NCBI GenBank assembly: GCA_030637655.1 | Contig: DAOWGI010000044.1 | Coordinates: forward strand, 1 to 23,064 | Length of the DNA: 23,064 bases | DNA from: a candidate division FCPU426 bacterium | Lineage (GTDB): Bacteria; Oederibacteriota; JAAXVQ01; JAUVAV01 | Reading direction: 5' to 3' | In this document: in pieces, positions 8,202-16,211 of the stretch | Position numbering within the stretch: position 1 is the stretch's first letter | Layout: every line of letters begins with the position of its first letter | Made by a program: the position numbers and the translations under genes | The notes under the pieces: model-generated | What the model saw: only the letters and a program-made list of their open reading frames with translations | Database searches by the model: none | Told to the model about the DNA's origin: nothing

Positions 8202-8759
8202 TTAATTGTACTCCTGCATGGCCCGCGCAATTCCTGCCTCCAGCCAGCAGCGAGCTGCTTCGGACGCTTTGTCCAGGGTTTCTTGCACGAGTAGTTTCTC
8301 GTCTTTGCTAAAACGGCCTAAAACATAGTCCGTGATTTCCATAAACGCAGGCGGTTTGTCGATTCCGATTCGCAAACGATGAAAGACCTGAGAACCCAGG
8401 CGTTCGATTATTGATTTCAGTCCATTATGCCCACCCGCACTGCCTTGGGTACGGAAGCGCAAAGCGCCCAAAGGCAGGTTAAAATCATCAACAATAATAA
8501 GTATTTGTTCCGGAGGTATTTTAAAATAACGAGAAAGCGCGGCCACAGTTTGCCCTGAACAATTCATATAGGTCTGTGGCCGTGCCAATACAAAGGTTTC
8601 TTGCTGTATATATCCTCGTCCCCAGTGGGCGTGCATGGTATGATGAGACAATGGCACAGTGCACTGTGTTGCCAAAACCTCAACTAAATTGGCACCCACA
8701 TTATGCCGTGTTTTAATGTATTCCGGTCCGGGATTTCCCAAGCCCACAATAAGTTTCAC
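8202..8759 (-). CDS. pth: Peptidyl-tRNA hydrolase
   Basis: KLIVGLGNPG.EY..TRHNVG, PQTYMN.SG, GSAGGHNGLKSI, RLRIGI, DYVLGRF. Confidence 0.98.
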   Translation of the reverse strand: MKLIVGLGNPGPEYIKTRHNVGANLVEVLATQCTVPLSHHTMHAHWGRGYIQQETFVLARPQTYMNCSGQTVAALSRYFKIPPEQILIIVDDFNLPLGALRFRTQGSAGGHNGLKSIIERLGSQVFHRLRIGIDKPPAFMEITDYVLGRFSKDEKLLVQETLDKASEAARCWLEAGIARAMQEYN

Positions 8760-8777
8760 GATACATTAGCCAACAGC

Positions 8778-9470
8778 TTATTTTTTATCTTTTTCAGTCC
8801 TTCGTTCTTCACGCTCTTTTTCACCAATCACTTCCGGCTGTTTTGGTTCTGCCGGCGCAGCAGCAGCTCCGGCTTCAGCTTCCGCCTCTGTCTTGGTCTC
8901 TTCCACACGCGGCGCCACAATGTGGACTACCGGCTCATGTGAATCCACCAATATTTCAACGCCCTCAGCAACCTGTATATCCGCTACTGTGATGGCAGCG
9001 CCAATCGATAATTCCGTTACATCCAGGGTAATGTTTTCAGGCAGCAAGGCGGGCAAACAACGAATATCCACTTCGCGGTGAACCAGTTCCAGCATACCAC
9101 CCTCTTTGATGCCCTTGGCTGTGCCGGAAATCACTACTGGAATCGCTGTTTCCAGAGGTTTGTCCATACTAATTTTCATAAAATCCACATGCAGGACTTT
9201 GGAAGATAAAGGATGACGTTGTATGTTTTTGATCATCACAGTCTCCTCGCGCGGTTTCTCATCACCTTCAATATTTAATTTTACCAGCACATTGGTACCG
9301 GCGGATGTGTGTGTGGCTTGAAAAACATCTTTGTCCAAAACTTGCAAACTGACGGCTTGTTCCCCTTGTCCGTACAATACCGCAGGGATTACCTTTTCAC
9401 TCCGCAAGCGATTCATAGCGTTTTTCTTCAACACGGTTCTGACTTTGGCAGTCATTTGTATCTGTTTCAT
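8778..9470 (-). CDS. rplY: 50S ribosomal protein L25 / general stress protein Ctc (long form)
   Basis: RLR....IPAVLYG, IQRHPL...VLHVDF, G.AKG.KEGG, CLP..LPE.I..DVT.L.IG; position between prs and pth. Confidence 0.96.
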   Translation of the reverse strand: MKQIQMTAKVRTVLKKNAMNRLRSEKVIPAVLYGQGEQAVSLQVLDKDVFQATHTSAGTNVLVKLNIEGDEKPREETVMIKNIQRHPLSSKVLHVDFMKISMDKPLETAIPVVISGTAKGIKEGGMLELVHREVDIRCLPALLPENITLDVTELSIGAAITVADIQVAEGVEILVDSHEPVVHIVAPRVEETKTEAEAEAGAAAAPAEPKQPEVIGEKEREERRTEKDKK

Positions 9471-9494
9471 TTTTTCCTCCTACCTTCTCTTAAA

Positions 9495-10433
9495 TTATGT
9501 AAACAGCGTACTCACGGTTTTTTCCAAGTGAATACGCCGGATTGCCTCCGCAAACAGAGAAGCCACACTTAACACTTTCACATTTTTCAGCAATTCCGGA
9601 TTCTTGAGTGGAATACTATCCGTTACCACGAGTTCTTTAATCGAAGCGTTCCGGATCAATTCCGGTGCCGGACCGGAAAAAACCGGATGCGTACCGGCCG
9701 CATATATCCCTTTGGCCCCTTTATTAATCACAAGACGAACCGCTTCGACCAAACTTTTTCCGGTAGCCACCATATCATCCACCAGCAATACATTCTTGCC
9801 TTCCACTTCACCAATCACATTCATAGCCGTGGCTTCGGTCGGACCGGTGCGGCGTTTGTCTACAATAGCCAGTGGAGCACGCAATTTGTCCGCATAATGC
9901 CGGGCCAATTTAATACCACCCACATCCGGAGTTACGATGATCAGGTTTTTAATCCGTTTTCTTTTAAAGTGGTCAATCATGACCGGAGCGGCCTGCAGAT
10001 TGTCCACCGGAATATCAAAAAAACCTTGAATCTGATCTGCATGCAAATCCATGGTCAGAACACGGTTGGCACCTGCGGTCGTGATTAAGTTGGCCACCAA
10101 TTTGGCAGTAATGGGTACACGCGGACGATCTTTGCGATCCTGCCGGGCATAGCCAAAAAAGGGCAACACGGCTGTAATCCGCCGGGCTGAAGCGCGCCGC
10201 AAGGCATCCATCATAATCAACAATTCCATGAGATTATCATTGCTCGGAGGACAGCTCGGCTGTACGACGAAAACATCTGCTCCCCGCACATTCTCCTGAA
10301 CCCGAACCGATATCTCGCCTTCGGGAAAACGTCCCACATCAATCTTCCCCAACGGTTTGTGCAACTCTCTGACAATAGCTGCCGCCAAATGGACATTGGC
10401 ATTTCCGGAAAAAATCTTTAATTCATTCGCCAC
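9495..10433 (-). CDS. prs: Ribose-phosphate pyrophosphokinase
   Basis: KIFSGNAN, F.EGEI.V, DNLMELL, PFFGYARQDRK, MDLHADQIQGFFDIPVD, PDVGG, LVDDMVATG. Start reassigned to the GTG at 10433 (GGAGG 8 nt upstream). Confidence 0.98.
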   Translation of the reverse strand: MANELKIFSGNANVHLAAAIVRELHKPLGKIDVGRFPEGEISVRVQENVRGADVFVVQPSCPPSNDNLMELLIMMDALRRASARRITAVLPFFGYARQDRKDRPRVPITAKLVANLITTAGANRVLTMDLHADQIQGFFDIPVDNLQAAPVMIDHFKRKRIKNLIIVTPDVGGIKLARHYADKLRAPLAIVDKRRTGPTEATAMNVIGEVEGKNVLLVDDMVATGKSLVEAVRLVINKGAKGIYAAGTHPVFSGPAPELIRNASIKELVVTDSIPLKNPELLKNVKVLSVASLFAEAIRRIHLEKTVSTLFT

Positions 10434-10455
10434 TTTGATTTCCTCCAAATAACTT

Positions 10456-10483
10456 GTAGGGAACGGTCGCGACCGTTCCCTAC
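10456..10483. repeat. Perfect 28-bp GTAG-type palindrome overlapping the glmU stop codon
   Basis: GTAGGGAACGGTCG|CGACCGTTCCCTAC; the glmU TAG is at 10482-10480. Confidence 0.92.
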
Positions 10484-11859
10484 TTACGTTTTTTTATAAT
10501 TCTGGCAGGCACACCGACCGCCACGGTTTCCGGTGGAATCCGTGTTCCTGGTTTCACCACAGCACCTGCACCGGTCAGCGCTTTCCGACCGATCTTACAA
10601 GGAGCGATTAAAACCGTTCCACTCCCAATAAAAGCCCGCTCCCCAATCTGCGTAGGATGCTTATTAATTCCATCATAATTTGCAGTAATCGTTCCCGCAC
10701 CTATGTTAGTCAGCTTGCCAACAACGGCATCTCCCAAATACGAAACATGGCCAACCTTCACACCGGACTTCAACCAACTCCGGTTGGTTTCGGCAAAATT
10801 CCCAATATACACATTAGCCTCAACTCGAGTCCCAGAGCGCAAATGTGAATAAGGACCAACCTTAACCTGATCCCCCAACCGGGCATGTTCTATTACTGAA
10901 TAGCGAATACAGACATCCGACCCTATTCGTGTGCCATCCATAAAAACATCAGGACCAAGCCTGCAATTTTTACCAATCACGGTTTTACCGAGTATCCGTG
11001 TTCCGGGATAAATTTCCGTATCCTGCCCGATCCGCACTTCCGGATCAATCCAGGTCTGATGCGGATCCCAAATGGTAACCCCGGAATTCATCAATTCCAC
11101 GAGTTTCCGTTGGTTCAACACCCAAGCTGCTTGTGCCAAGTCCCGGCGGGTATTCACTCCCAATATTTCAGAAGCCTCCGGCATATTACAGGCAGCCACA
11201 ATGGACTGTTCTTTCCGCAAGAGCGCTACAACATCAGTTAGATAATATTCATTTTTCTTGTTTTGATTTTTTACTTTCCCTAAGACCTGCCACAAAGCTC
11301 TCAGGGTAAAACAGTACGCGCCACTGTTCACTTCGCGCACGCTGCGTTCTGCCGGTGTGGCATCCCGTTCTTCAACAATACGGCTAATCAACCGGGCATC
11401 ATTCCGTTCACGAATAATACGCCCATACCCGTGGGGCTCTGCCACCTGGGCAGTTAAGACCGTAGCTTTAGCTTTCATTCTCCGATGATCGCCAACCACA
11501 CGCTTCAAGGTCTGGGGACGTATCAAGGGCGCGTCGCCGCACAGCACCAACACATCTCCGGTTTTTTTGGTCAATACTTTCTGAGCCATCTGCACAGCAT
11601 GACCAGTCCCCTGCGGTTTGGGCTGCAAGACCGTCTTTACATCTTTAGGCAAGGTCTTTTTCACTTCTTCCGCGCGATGACCCAACACAACCACGCGTTC
11701 AGTAACACCTACAACTTTGGTCGTAGCCAAAACCCTATCCAAGATGGAACGCCCGCCTAATTGCTGCAGCACCTTAGGTGTTCCGGATTTCATTCGGGTG
11801 CCTTCACCGGCTGCCAGTATGATGGCTGTTAATGACTGCTTTTTCACTTTGGGCCTCAA
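10480..11859 (-). CDS. glmU: Bifunctional UDP-GlcNAc pyrophosphorylase / glucosamine-1-phosphate N-acetyltransferase
   Basis: IILAAGEGTRMKS..PKVL, GTGHAV, GYGRIIR, EVNSG.Y, EYYLTD, hexapeptide repeats, H.SYLGDA, NIGAGTITANYDG.NKH. The start may instead be the GTG at 11847. Confidence 0.98.
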   Translation of the reverse strand: MRPKVKKQSLTAIILAAGEGTRMKSGTPKVLQQLGGRSILDRVLATTKVVGVTERVVVLGHRAEEVKKTLPKDVKTVLQPKPQGTGHAVQMAQKVLTKKTGDVLVLCGDAPLIRPQTLKRVVGDHRRMKAKATVLTAQVAEPHGYGRIIRERNDARLISRIVEERDATPAERSVREVNSGAYCFTLRALWQVLGKVKNQNKKNEYYLTDVVALLRKEQSIVAACNMPEASEILGVNTRRDLAQAAWVLNQRKLVELMNSGVTIWDPHQTWIDPEVRIGQDTEIYPGTRILGKTVIGKNCRLGPDVFMDGTRIGSDVCIRYSVIEHARLGDQVKVGPYSHLRSGTRVEANVYIGNFAETNRSWLKSGVKVGHVSYLGDAVVGKLTNIGAGTITANYDGINKHPTQIGERAFIGSGTVLIAPCKIGRKALTGAGAVVKPGTRIPPETVAVGVPARIIKKRK

Positions 11860-11869
11860 ATTCTCATCT

Positions 11870-11989
11870 AACGGGCGACCGCAAGGGTCGCCCCTACGAT
11901 TTTAACAATCAACTAACGGGCGAACACATAGGTTCGCCCCTACGATTTTAACAATCATTTAACGGGCGAATACACGGATTCGCCCCTAC
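11870..11989 (-). repeat. Three tandem GTAG-type REPs (period 45-46 bp)
   Basis: AACGGGCGA-N11/12-TCGCCCCTAC at 11870-11897, 11915-11943 and 11961-11989, separated by GATTTTAACAATCA(AC/TT)T. Confidence 0.93.
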
Positions 11990-12010
11990 TTCGCAAAACA
12001 AATAGAAAAT

Positions 12011-12091
12011 CAGAACAGAAGATCAGTTGATCAGGTGACCGCAGGTTTGCCTTCCCCTCCTGCTCTCCTGTTCATCTGTTCACCTGCTCTG
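12011..12091. repeat. Imperfect inverted repeat built from 8-nt tandem units
   Basis: Left arm CAGAACAG-AAGATCAG-TTGATCAG-GTGACCGCAGG; the right arm reverse-complements to CAGAGCAG-GTGAACAG-ATGAACAG-GAGAGCAGG. Confidence 0.6.
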
Positions 12092-12115
12092 AAAATTTCG
12101 CTTTGCGAAATTTTC
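12091..12115 (-). terminator. Perfect hairpin abutting the tRNA-Gln 3' end (processing or terminator-like)
   Basis: GAAAATTTCGC-TTT-GCGAAATTTTC, 11-bp stem. There is no separate U-tract, so termination is uncertain. Confidence 0.4.
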
Positions 12116-12189
12116 TGGCAGCCGGGCAAGGATTCGAACCTTGATAAACGGCTCCAAAAGCCGTTGTCCTGCCGTTGAACGACCCGGCT
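12116..12189 (-). tRNA. tRNA-Gln(TTG)
   Basis: AGCCGGG-TCGTTCAACGGCAGGACA-ACGGC-TTTTGGA-GCCGT-TTATCAAGGTTCGAATCCTTG-CCCGGCT-GCCA, 74 nt, in the usual ispE-tRNA-Gln-prs neighbourhood. Confidence 0.96.
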
Positions 12190-12215
12190 ACAATACAACA
12201 CACCGAAAAAATAAA

Positions 12216-12264
12216 GTAGGGGCGTTTCGCTTGTGCCCGTTTTTCGGGTACAAAACGCCCCTAC
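12216..12264. repeat. GTAG-type REP with a nested hairpin
   Basis: GTAGGGGCGTTT...AAACGCCCCTAC enclosing TTGTGCCCG-TTTTT-CGGGTACAA. Confidence 0.88.
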
Positions 12265-12290
12265 AGACAGAATTCACAAAATAAATTTAA

Positions 12291-12605
12291 TTAATTGGTT
12301 TCGAAGGCTTCCTGGCGTTGCTCAACTCCAGGCATGCTTGAAAATTCGGTCAGCAAAGATTCTTTTCTGTACTCTGCCAAAACTCTTTCCTCGAGCTCAC
12401 ACCGCATATTGCTGTTCAACGGATGCGCAATATCCATGTAAGTCCCGTCGCGGCGTTTCCGAGATGGCATGGCTACAAACAAACCGTTTGCCCCTTCAAT
12501 TATTTTCAAATTATTTACTACAAAAGCATTCTCAAACGTAATCGTAACATAAGCCTTTAATTTATTTTCTTGCCGAGGAAAAATCTTCACATCCGTTATA
12601 TTCAT
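12291..12605 (-). CDS. spoVG: SpoVG family nucleic-acid-binding regulator
   Basis: MNITDVKI.....KLKAYVTITFENAFVV..LKIIEG.NGLFVAMPSRK..DG.Y.DIAHPLN...R..LE..VL.EY. Start reassigned to the ATG at 12605. Confidence 0.96.
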   Translation of the reverse strand: MNITDVKIFPRQENKLKAYVTITFENAFVVNNLKIIEGANGLFVAMPSRKRRDGTYMDIAHPLNSNMRCELEERVLAEYRKESLLTEFSSMPGVEQRQEAFETN

Positions 12606-12636
12606 CCTCTTTTGTCCCTCCTGATTCGGAACACAC

Positions 12637-13497
12637 TTACCTATAGCGACCACAGGTACGAGTAATTATCACACTTTGATATCGCAGCCCCAGCTTGCTT
12701 TTGATCTGTTTGGCAACCTGCTGGGATGGAAGCAAACCAAAAACCGTCGGACCACTTCCAGACATTAAAACCCCCTGCGCCCCACATTGCAAAAGCTCTT
12801 GTTTAATCCGCAAAATGGCAGGAAACAGGATTTGGGTAACACTTTCCAAATCATTAAATAAAAATCCGCTTATTTTTACGGCGTTTTTCATTTCAATCGC
12901 TCGGCGCATCATATTAATACAGGCCTTTTTTCTTGTCAATCTTAATCTGAATTTTTTATATACTTTTGCCGTGGAAACCGGAAATCCCGGATTGATCACA
13001 GCCACCGGCATTTTTTTGAAAACCGGCCAGGGATAAATCCGTTCACCGCGTCCAATTCCCAGGGCACAGCCACCGTGGAGGAAAAAAGGAACATCCGAGC
13101 CCAGGGATTTCGCTATCTTTATAATTTTCGGCATATCCCGAAGTTTCCACAGTTGTTTCAAACCCAGTAAGGCAGTGGCCGCATCAGAGCTTCCCCCACC
13201 CATTCCGGCGGCAATTGGTATCCTTTTTTGAATATGAATATGCAGTTTTGGCTCTTTTTGAAATTGATCTGCGCAAATCTTCACAGCTTGGTAAACGATG
13301 TTTTTTTCATTCACCGGAACCTGGGAATTATCACAGGTTATTTTTAATCCCTGGGAGCAGGGATAAAACGTCAAGTAATCGGATAATTCCAGAGCCTGCA
13401 TCACGGTTTTCAACTCATGATATCCATCCGGTCGTTTTCCTTGAATTTCTAATATAAAATTTACTTTGGCCGGCGCTTTAAGCGTGAATGGCGTCAT
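12637..13497 (-). CDS. ispE: 4-diphosphocytidyl-2-C-methyl-D-erythritol kinase
   Basis: APAKVNF.L.I.GKRPDGYHEL, KRIPIAAGMGGGSSDAA, LGSDVPFF, NDLE, LMSGSGPTVFG. Start reassigned to the ATG at 13497. Confidence 0.97.
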   Translation of the reverse strand: MTPFTLKAPAKVNFILEIQGKRPDGYHELKTVMQALELSDYLTFYPCSQGLKITCDNSQVPVNEKNIVYQAVKICADQFQKEPKLHIHIQKRIPIAAGMGGGSSDAATALLGLKQLWKLRDMPKIIKIAKSLGSDVPFFLHGGCALGIGRGERIYPWPVFKKMPVAVINPGFPVSTAKVYKKFRLRLTRKKACINMMRRAIEMKNAVKISGFLFNDLESVTQILFPAILRIKQELLQCGAQGVLMSGSGPTVFGLLPSQQVAKQIKSKLGLRYQSVIITRTCGRYR

Positions 13498-13519
13498 ATT
13501 TCCCACTATTCCCTCGCAG

Positions 13520-15223
13520 TTACAATTTCTCAAGTTTGTCCTTTATTTTCCGGTTTTCAGGATCAACTTGGAGCGCTTGCTTCCAGGCTTTTTCCGCCTC
13601 AGTGTATCTGCGCAACTTAAAATAAATATCCCCCAAGTGATCATAAATGACTGACTCCACCGCTAATCCGGCTTCTTGTAAGGCCGTTTTGGCAGCCAGC
13701 GTTTTTTCCAAGGCTCTTTGGTATTTTTCCTGTTTATAATACACCCATCCCAAGGAATCAAGATAATACCCATTTTCAGGATCAAGCTGCAACGCTTTTT
13801 TAATCCACTGCTCAGCTTGTTTTAATTGTTTTCCCCGTTCTGCGTGAGTATAACCGAGAAAATTATAAGCAGCCGCCAATTTCGGATCCAAGGCAATTGC
13901 TTGTTTCCAGGCAGCCACCGCTCTTTTAAACTGATTGTCCTTGAAATACGCCCGGCCAATATGAAAATGCAAAGCTGGTTTTTCCGGAGTCAGGCGCAAA
14001 GCCTTTTTAAAGGCCTTCACTGCCTGTTTGGGTTCTTCCACCCATAGCAGTACCAACCCGTAATTGCTTAAAACCTGGGGTATGCGGCTGAACCGAACAC
14101 CGGCTTCGCGCAATACCACCACCGCATTTTGTGCTTCATTAATTTCTAAAAGTACACTGGCCAATCCCAAGTACGCTTCCACCAAATCCGGGTCTACGCG
14201 TATGGCCAACCGGAATTCATCCACAGCCAAATATTTAAACCCTTTCTGGCGATAGATGGAACCCATCAAATAGTGGGTTAGCGCATCCGATACTTTGGCG
14301 GAAATCAAATGTTCCAATTGTTGCCGGGCTTGATCGAACTTGCCGATTTTAAAAAATGCCAAACCCAAATTACGACGAGCCAGTAAATTCTCCGGACTGA
14401 TTTTCAATAATTTTTCCAATTGCAGAATAGCGCCTTCCCAGTCATTGCGCCTCAAGTAATAAATGGAGAGAAAACGGTATCCCTCCATGGTTTTGGGATG
14501 TGCTCGCGATAATCGCAAATACACTGCTGCTGCTTTTTCCTTCTGATTCAAAGAATCATACATTTTAGCCAGACCGGAGAGCCACTCAATATCCTCTGAC
14601 GACTCATCCAATGCGGCCTGTAATAAGTCTATGGCTTCCTGATTTTTTCCTTTCCAGTGATAATAGGTGATCAGAACACGGCGTGCTTCACGATCATGCG
14701 GATCAATCTCCAGAGCCTCACGCAGGTAGCGTTCACCTTCCACAGGTTGCTCTTGTTCAAGAAGTATGATTCCCAACTTGGTAAACGGACCCGAGATCCG
14801 GCTACCCAATTGAATGGCATCCCGATACAACCGCTCGGCAAGGGCTGTGTCACCTACCGCTGCATACAATTGTCCCAGAATATACCTGGTTTCGCTGTCT
14901 TCCGGTTTGTTCTCAATCAGTATTCTGTATTCGGCATGCGCTTCCTGAAAGCGTTCCAGACGAATCAGATCACTGACCAAATAGCGGCGCAGTGTAGTTG
15001 AGGCAGGATTGTATTTCAGGGCTGCTTGATAATATTGGACAGCTTTGGCAAATTCACCGCTCTGATCTGCTAATTGTCCGGCAAAAAAGGCCCAGACCGA
15101 GCGTTCGTTATCAGACAGTTTAATTTCCGTAGTTGCAGGTGGTCTGACCGCTATTAAAGAACAGCTTGCAAACAAGGCAAGTATGCCGGCGCTCAGCAGT
15201 ATTTGTTTTATCATTTTTGTCAT
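13520..15223 (-). CDS. Tetratricopeptide-repeat lipoprotein
   Basis: Signal peptide with lipobox LFAS-C; many TPR units; C-terminal AYNFLGY..AERG..L..A...I.KAL..DPENGYYLDSLGWVYY...HLGD. Confidence 0.9.
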   Translation of the reverse strand: MTKMIKQILLSAGILALFASCSLIAVRPPATTEIKLSDNERSVWAFFAGQLADQSGEFAKAVQYYQAALKYNPASTTLRRYLVSDLIRLERFQEAHAEYRILIENKPEDSETRYILGQLYAAVGDTALAERLYRDAIQLGSRISGPFTKLGIILLEQEQPVEGERYLREALEIDPHDREARRVLITYYHWKGKNQEAIDLLQAALDESSEDIEWLSGLAKMYDSLNQKEKAAAVYLRLSRAHPKTMEGYRFLSIYYLRRNDWEGAILQLEKLLKISPENLLARRNLGLAFFKIGKFDQARQQLEHLISAKVSDALTHYLMGSIYRQKGFKYLAVDEFRLAIRVDPDLVEAYLGLASVLLEINEAQNAVVVLREAGVRFSRIPQVLSNYGLVLLWVEEPKQAVKAFKKALRLTPEKPALHFHIGRAYFKDNQFKRAVAAWKQAIALDPKLAAAYNFLGYTHAERGKQLKQAEQWIKKALQLDPENGYYLDSLGWVYYKQEKYQRALEKTLAAKTALQEAGLAVESVIYDHLGDIYFKLRRYTEAEKAWKQALQVDPENRKIKDKLEKL

Positions 15224-15269
15224 TGGACTCTCAATCCATAATAGCTATAGGCGAACATAAAAATCATCC

Positions 15270-16211
15270 TTACATTTTTTCAATCGCCTGTACGAACTTT
15301 TTAAAATCATCCGGCCAGGGAGCGGTATATTCCATCTTCTTTTCAGTAATCGGATGATAAAAGCGTAACTGGTTGGCATGCAAGAGCTGGCGCGTTGGAC
15401 GCTCCAGTGCCAGCTTGTTCAAACGACTGCTTTCACCGCGCTTGCCATAGGTTCGATCCCCAACCACCGGTGTTCCCATATAGCGGCAGTGCACACGGAT
15501 CTGATGTGTGCGCCCGGTTTCCAACTTAATTCGCAAACAGGAAAATTCCTGGAAACGACGGACCACGTCAACCTGGGTGATCGCACGCTTACCCCCGCTG
15601 CGTACCACAGCAAAACGTTTGCGGTCAATAGGATCCCGTCCCAACTGCGTATCAATGGTCAAGCTGGAATCCTGCACATTGCCCCAGACCACTGCATCGT
15701 ACAATCGTTCCACTTCCCGTTTTTGTATCCGGTCAGTTAAAACATGATGAGCACGATCATTTTTAGCTACCAGCAACAAACCGGAAGTCTCCTTGTCCAA
15801 CCGATGCACAATACCGGGACGCAGCACCCCGCCCACACCGGACAGATCATGCAAATGATACAGCAAAGCATTCACCAGGGTTTTGTCGCGATGCCCGGTT
15901 GCCGGATGTGTGACCAAACCGGCCGGTTTGTCAATCACCGCAATATCGTCATCCTGGTACAATACCGTCAATGGTAATGGTTCTGCTTTTGCTCTAGCCG
16001 AAACCGGTGGCGCCGGGATATAGCTAATTTCATCTCCGCCACGAAGCAGCAAACCCGATTTCAACGTCTGCTTACCTGTCACCTGCACTTCTTGGTTTTG
16101 TAAAGCACGCGCAGCAGCTGACCGCGAGAGTCCGTTCACCGCTTGCGCTAAAAACACATCCAAACGCATCCCAACTTCCTTTTCAGTAATTCGCCAGTGT
16201 TTTATTTCCAC
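15270..16211 (-). CDS. rluD: RluA/RluD family 23S rRNA pseudouridine synthase with an S4 domain
   Basis: RLDVFLA....LSRS, DKPAGLVTHPA.G, RPGIVHRLDKETSGL, LETGRTHQIRVH, VVGD..YG, RQLLHA..L.F.HP. Confidence 0.93.
   Translation of the reverse strand: MEIKHWRITEKEVGMRLDVFLAQAVNGLSRSAAARALQNQEVQVTGKQTLKSGLLLRGGDEISYIPAPPVSARAKAEPLPLTVLYQDDDIAVIDKPAGLVTHPATGHRDKTLVNALLYHLHDLSGVGGVLRPGIVHRLDKETSGLLLVAKNDRAHHVLTDRIQKREVERLYDAVVWGNVQDSSLTIDTQLGRDPIDRKRFAVVRSGGKRAITQVDVVRRFQEFSCLRIKLETGRTHQIRVHCRYMGTPVVGDRTYGKRGESSRLNKLALERPTRQLLHANQLRFYHPITEKKMEYTAPWPDDFKKFVQAIEKM

Noticed and set aside
11870-11989. Mini-CRISPR or guide-RNA array
   Set aside because: Only three units; the variable part is a self-complementary hairpin tip of 11-12 nt; no effector gene is nearby.
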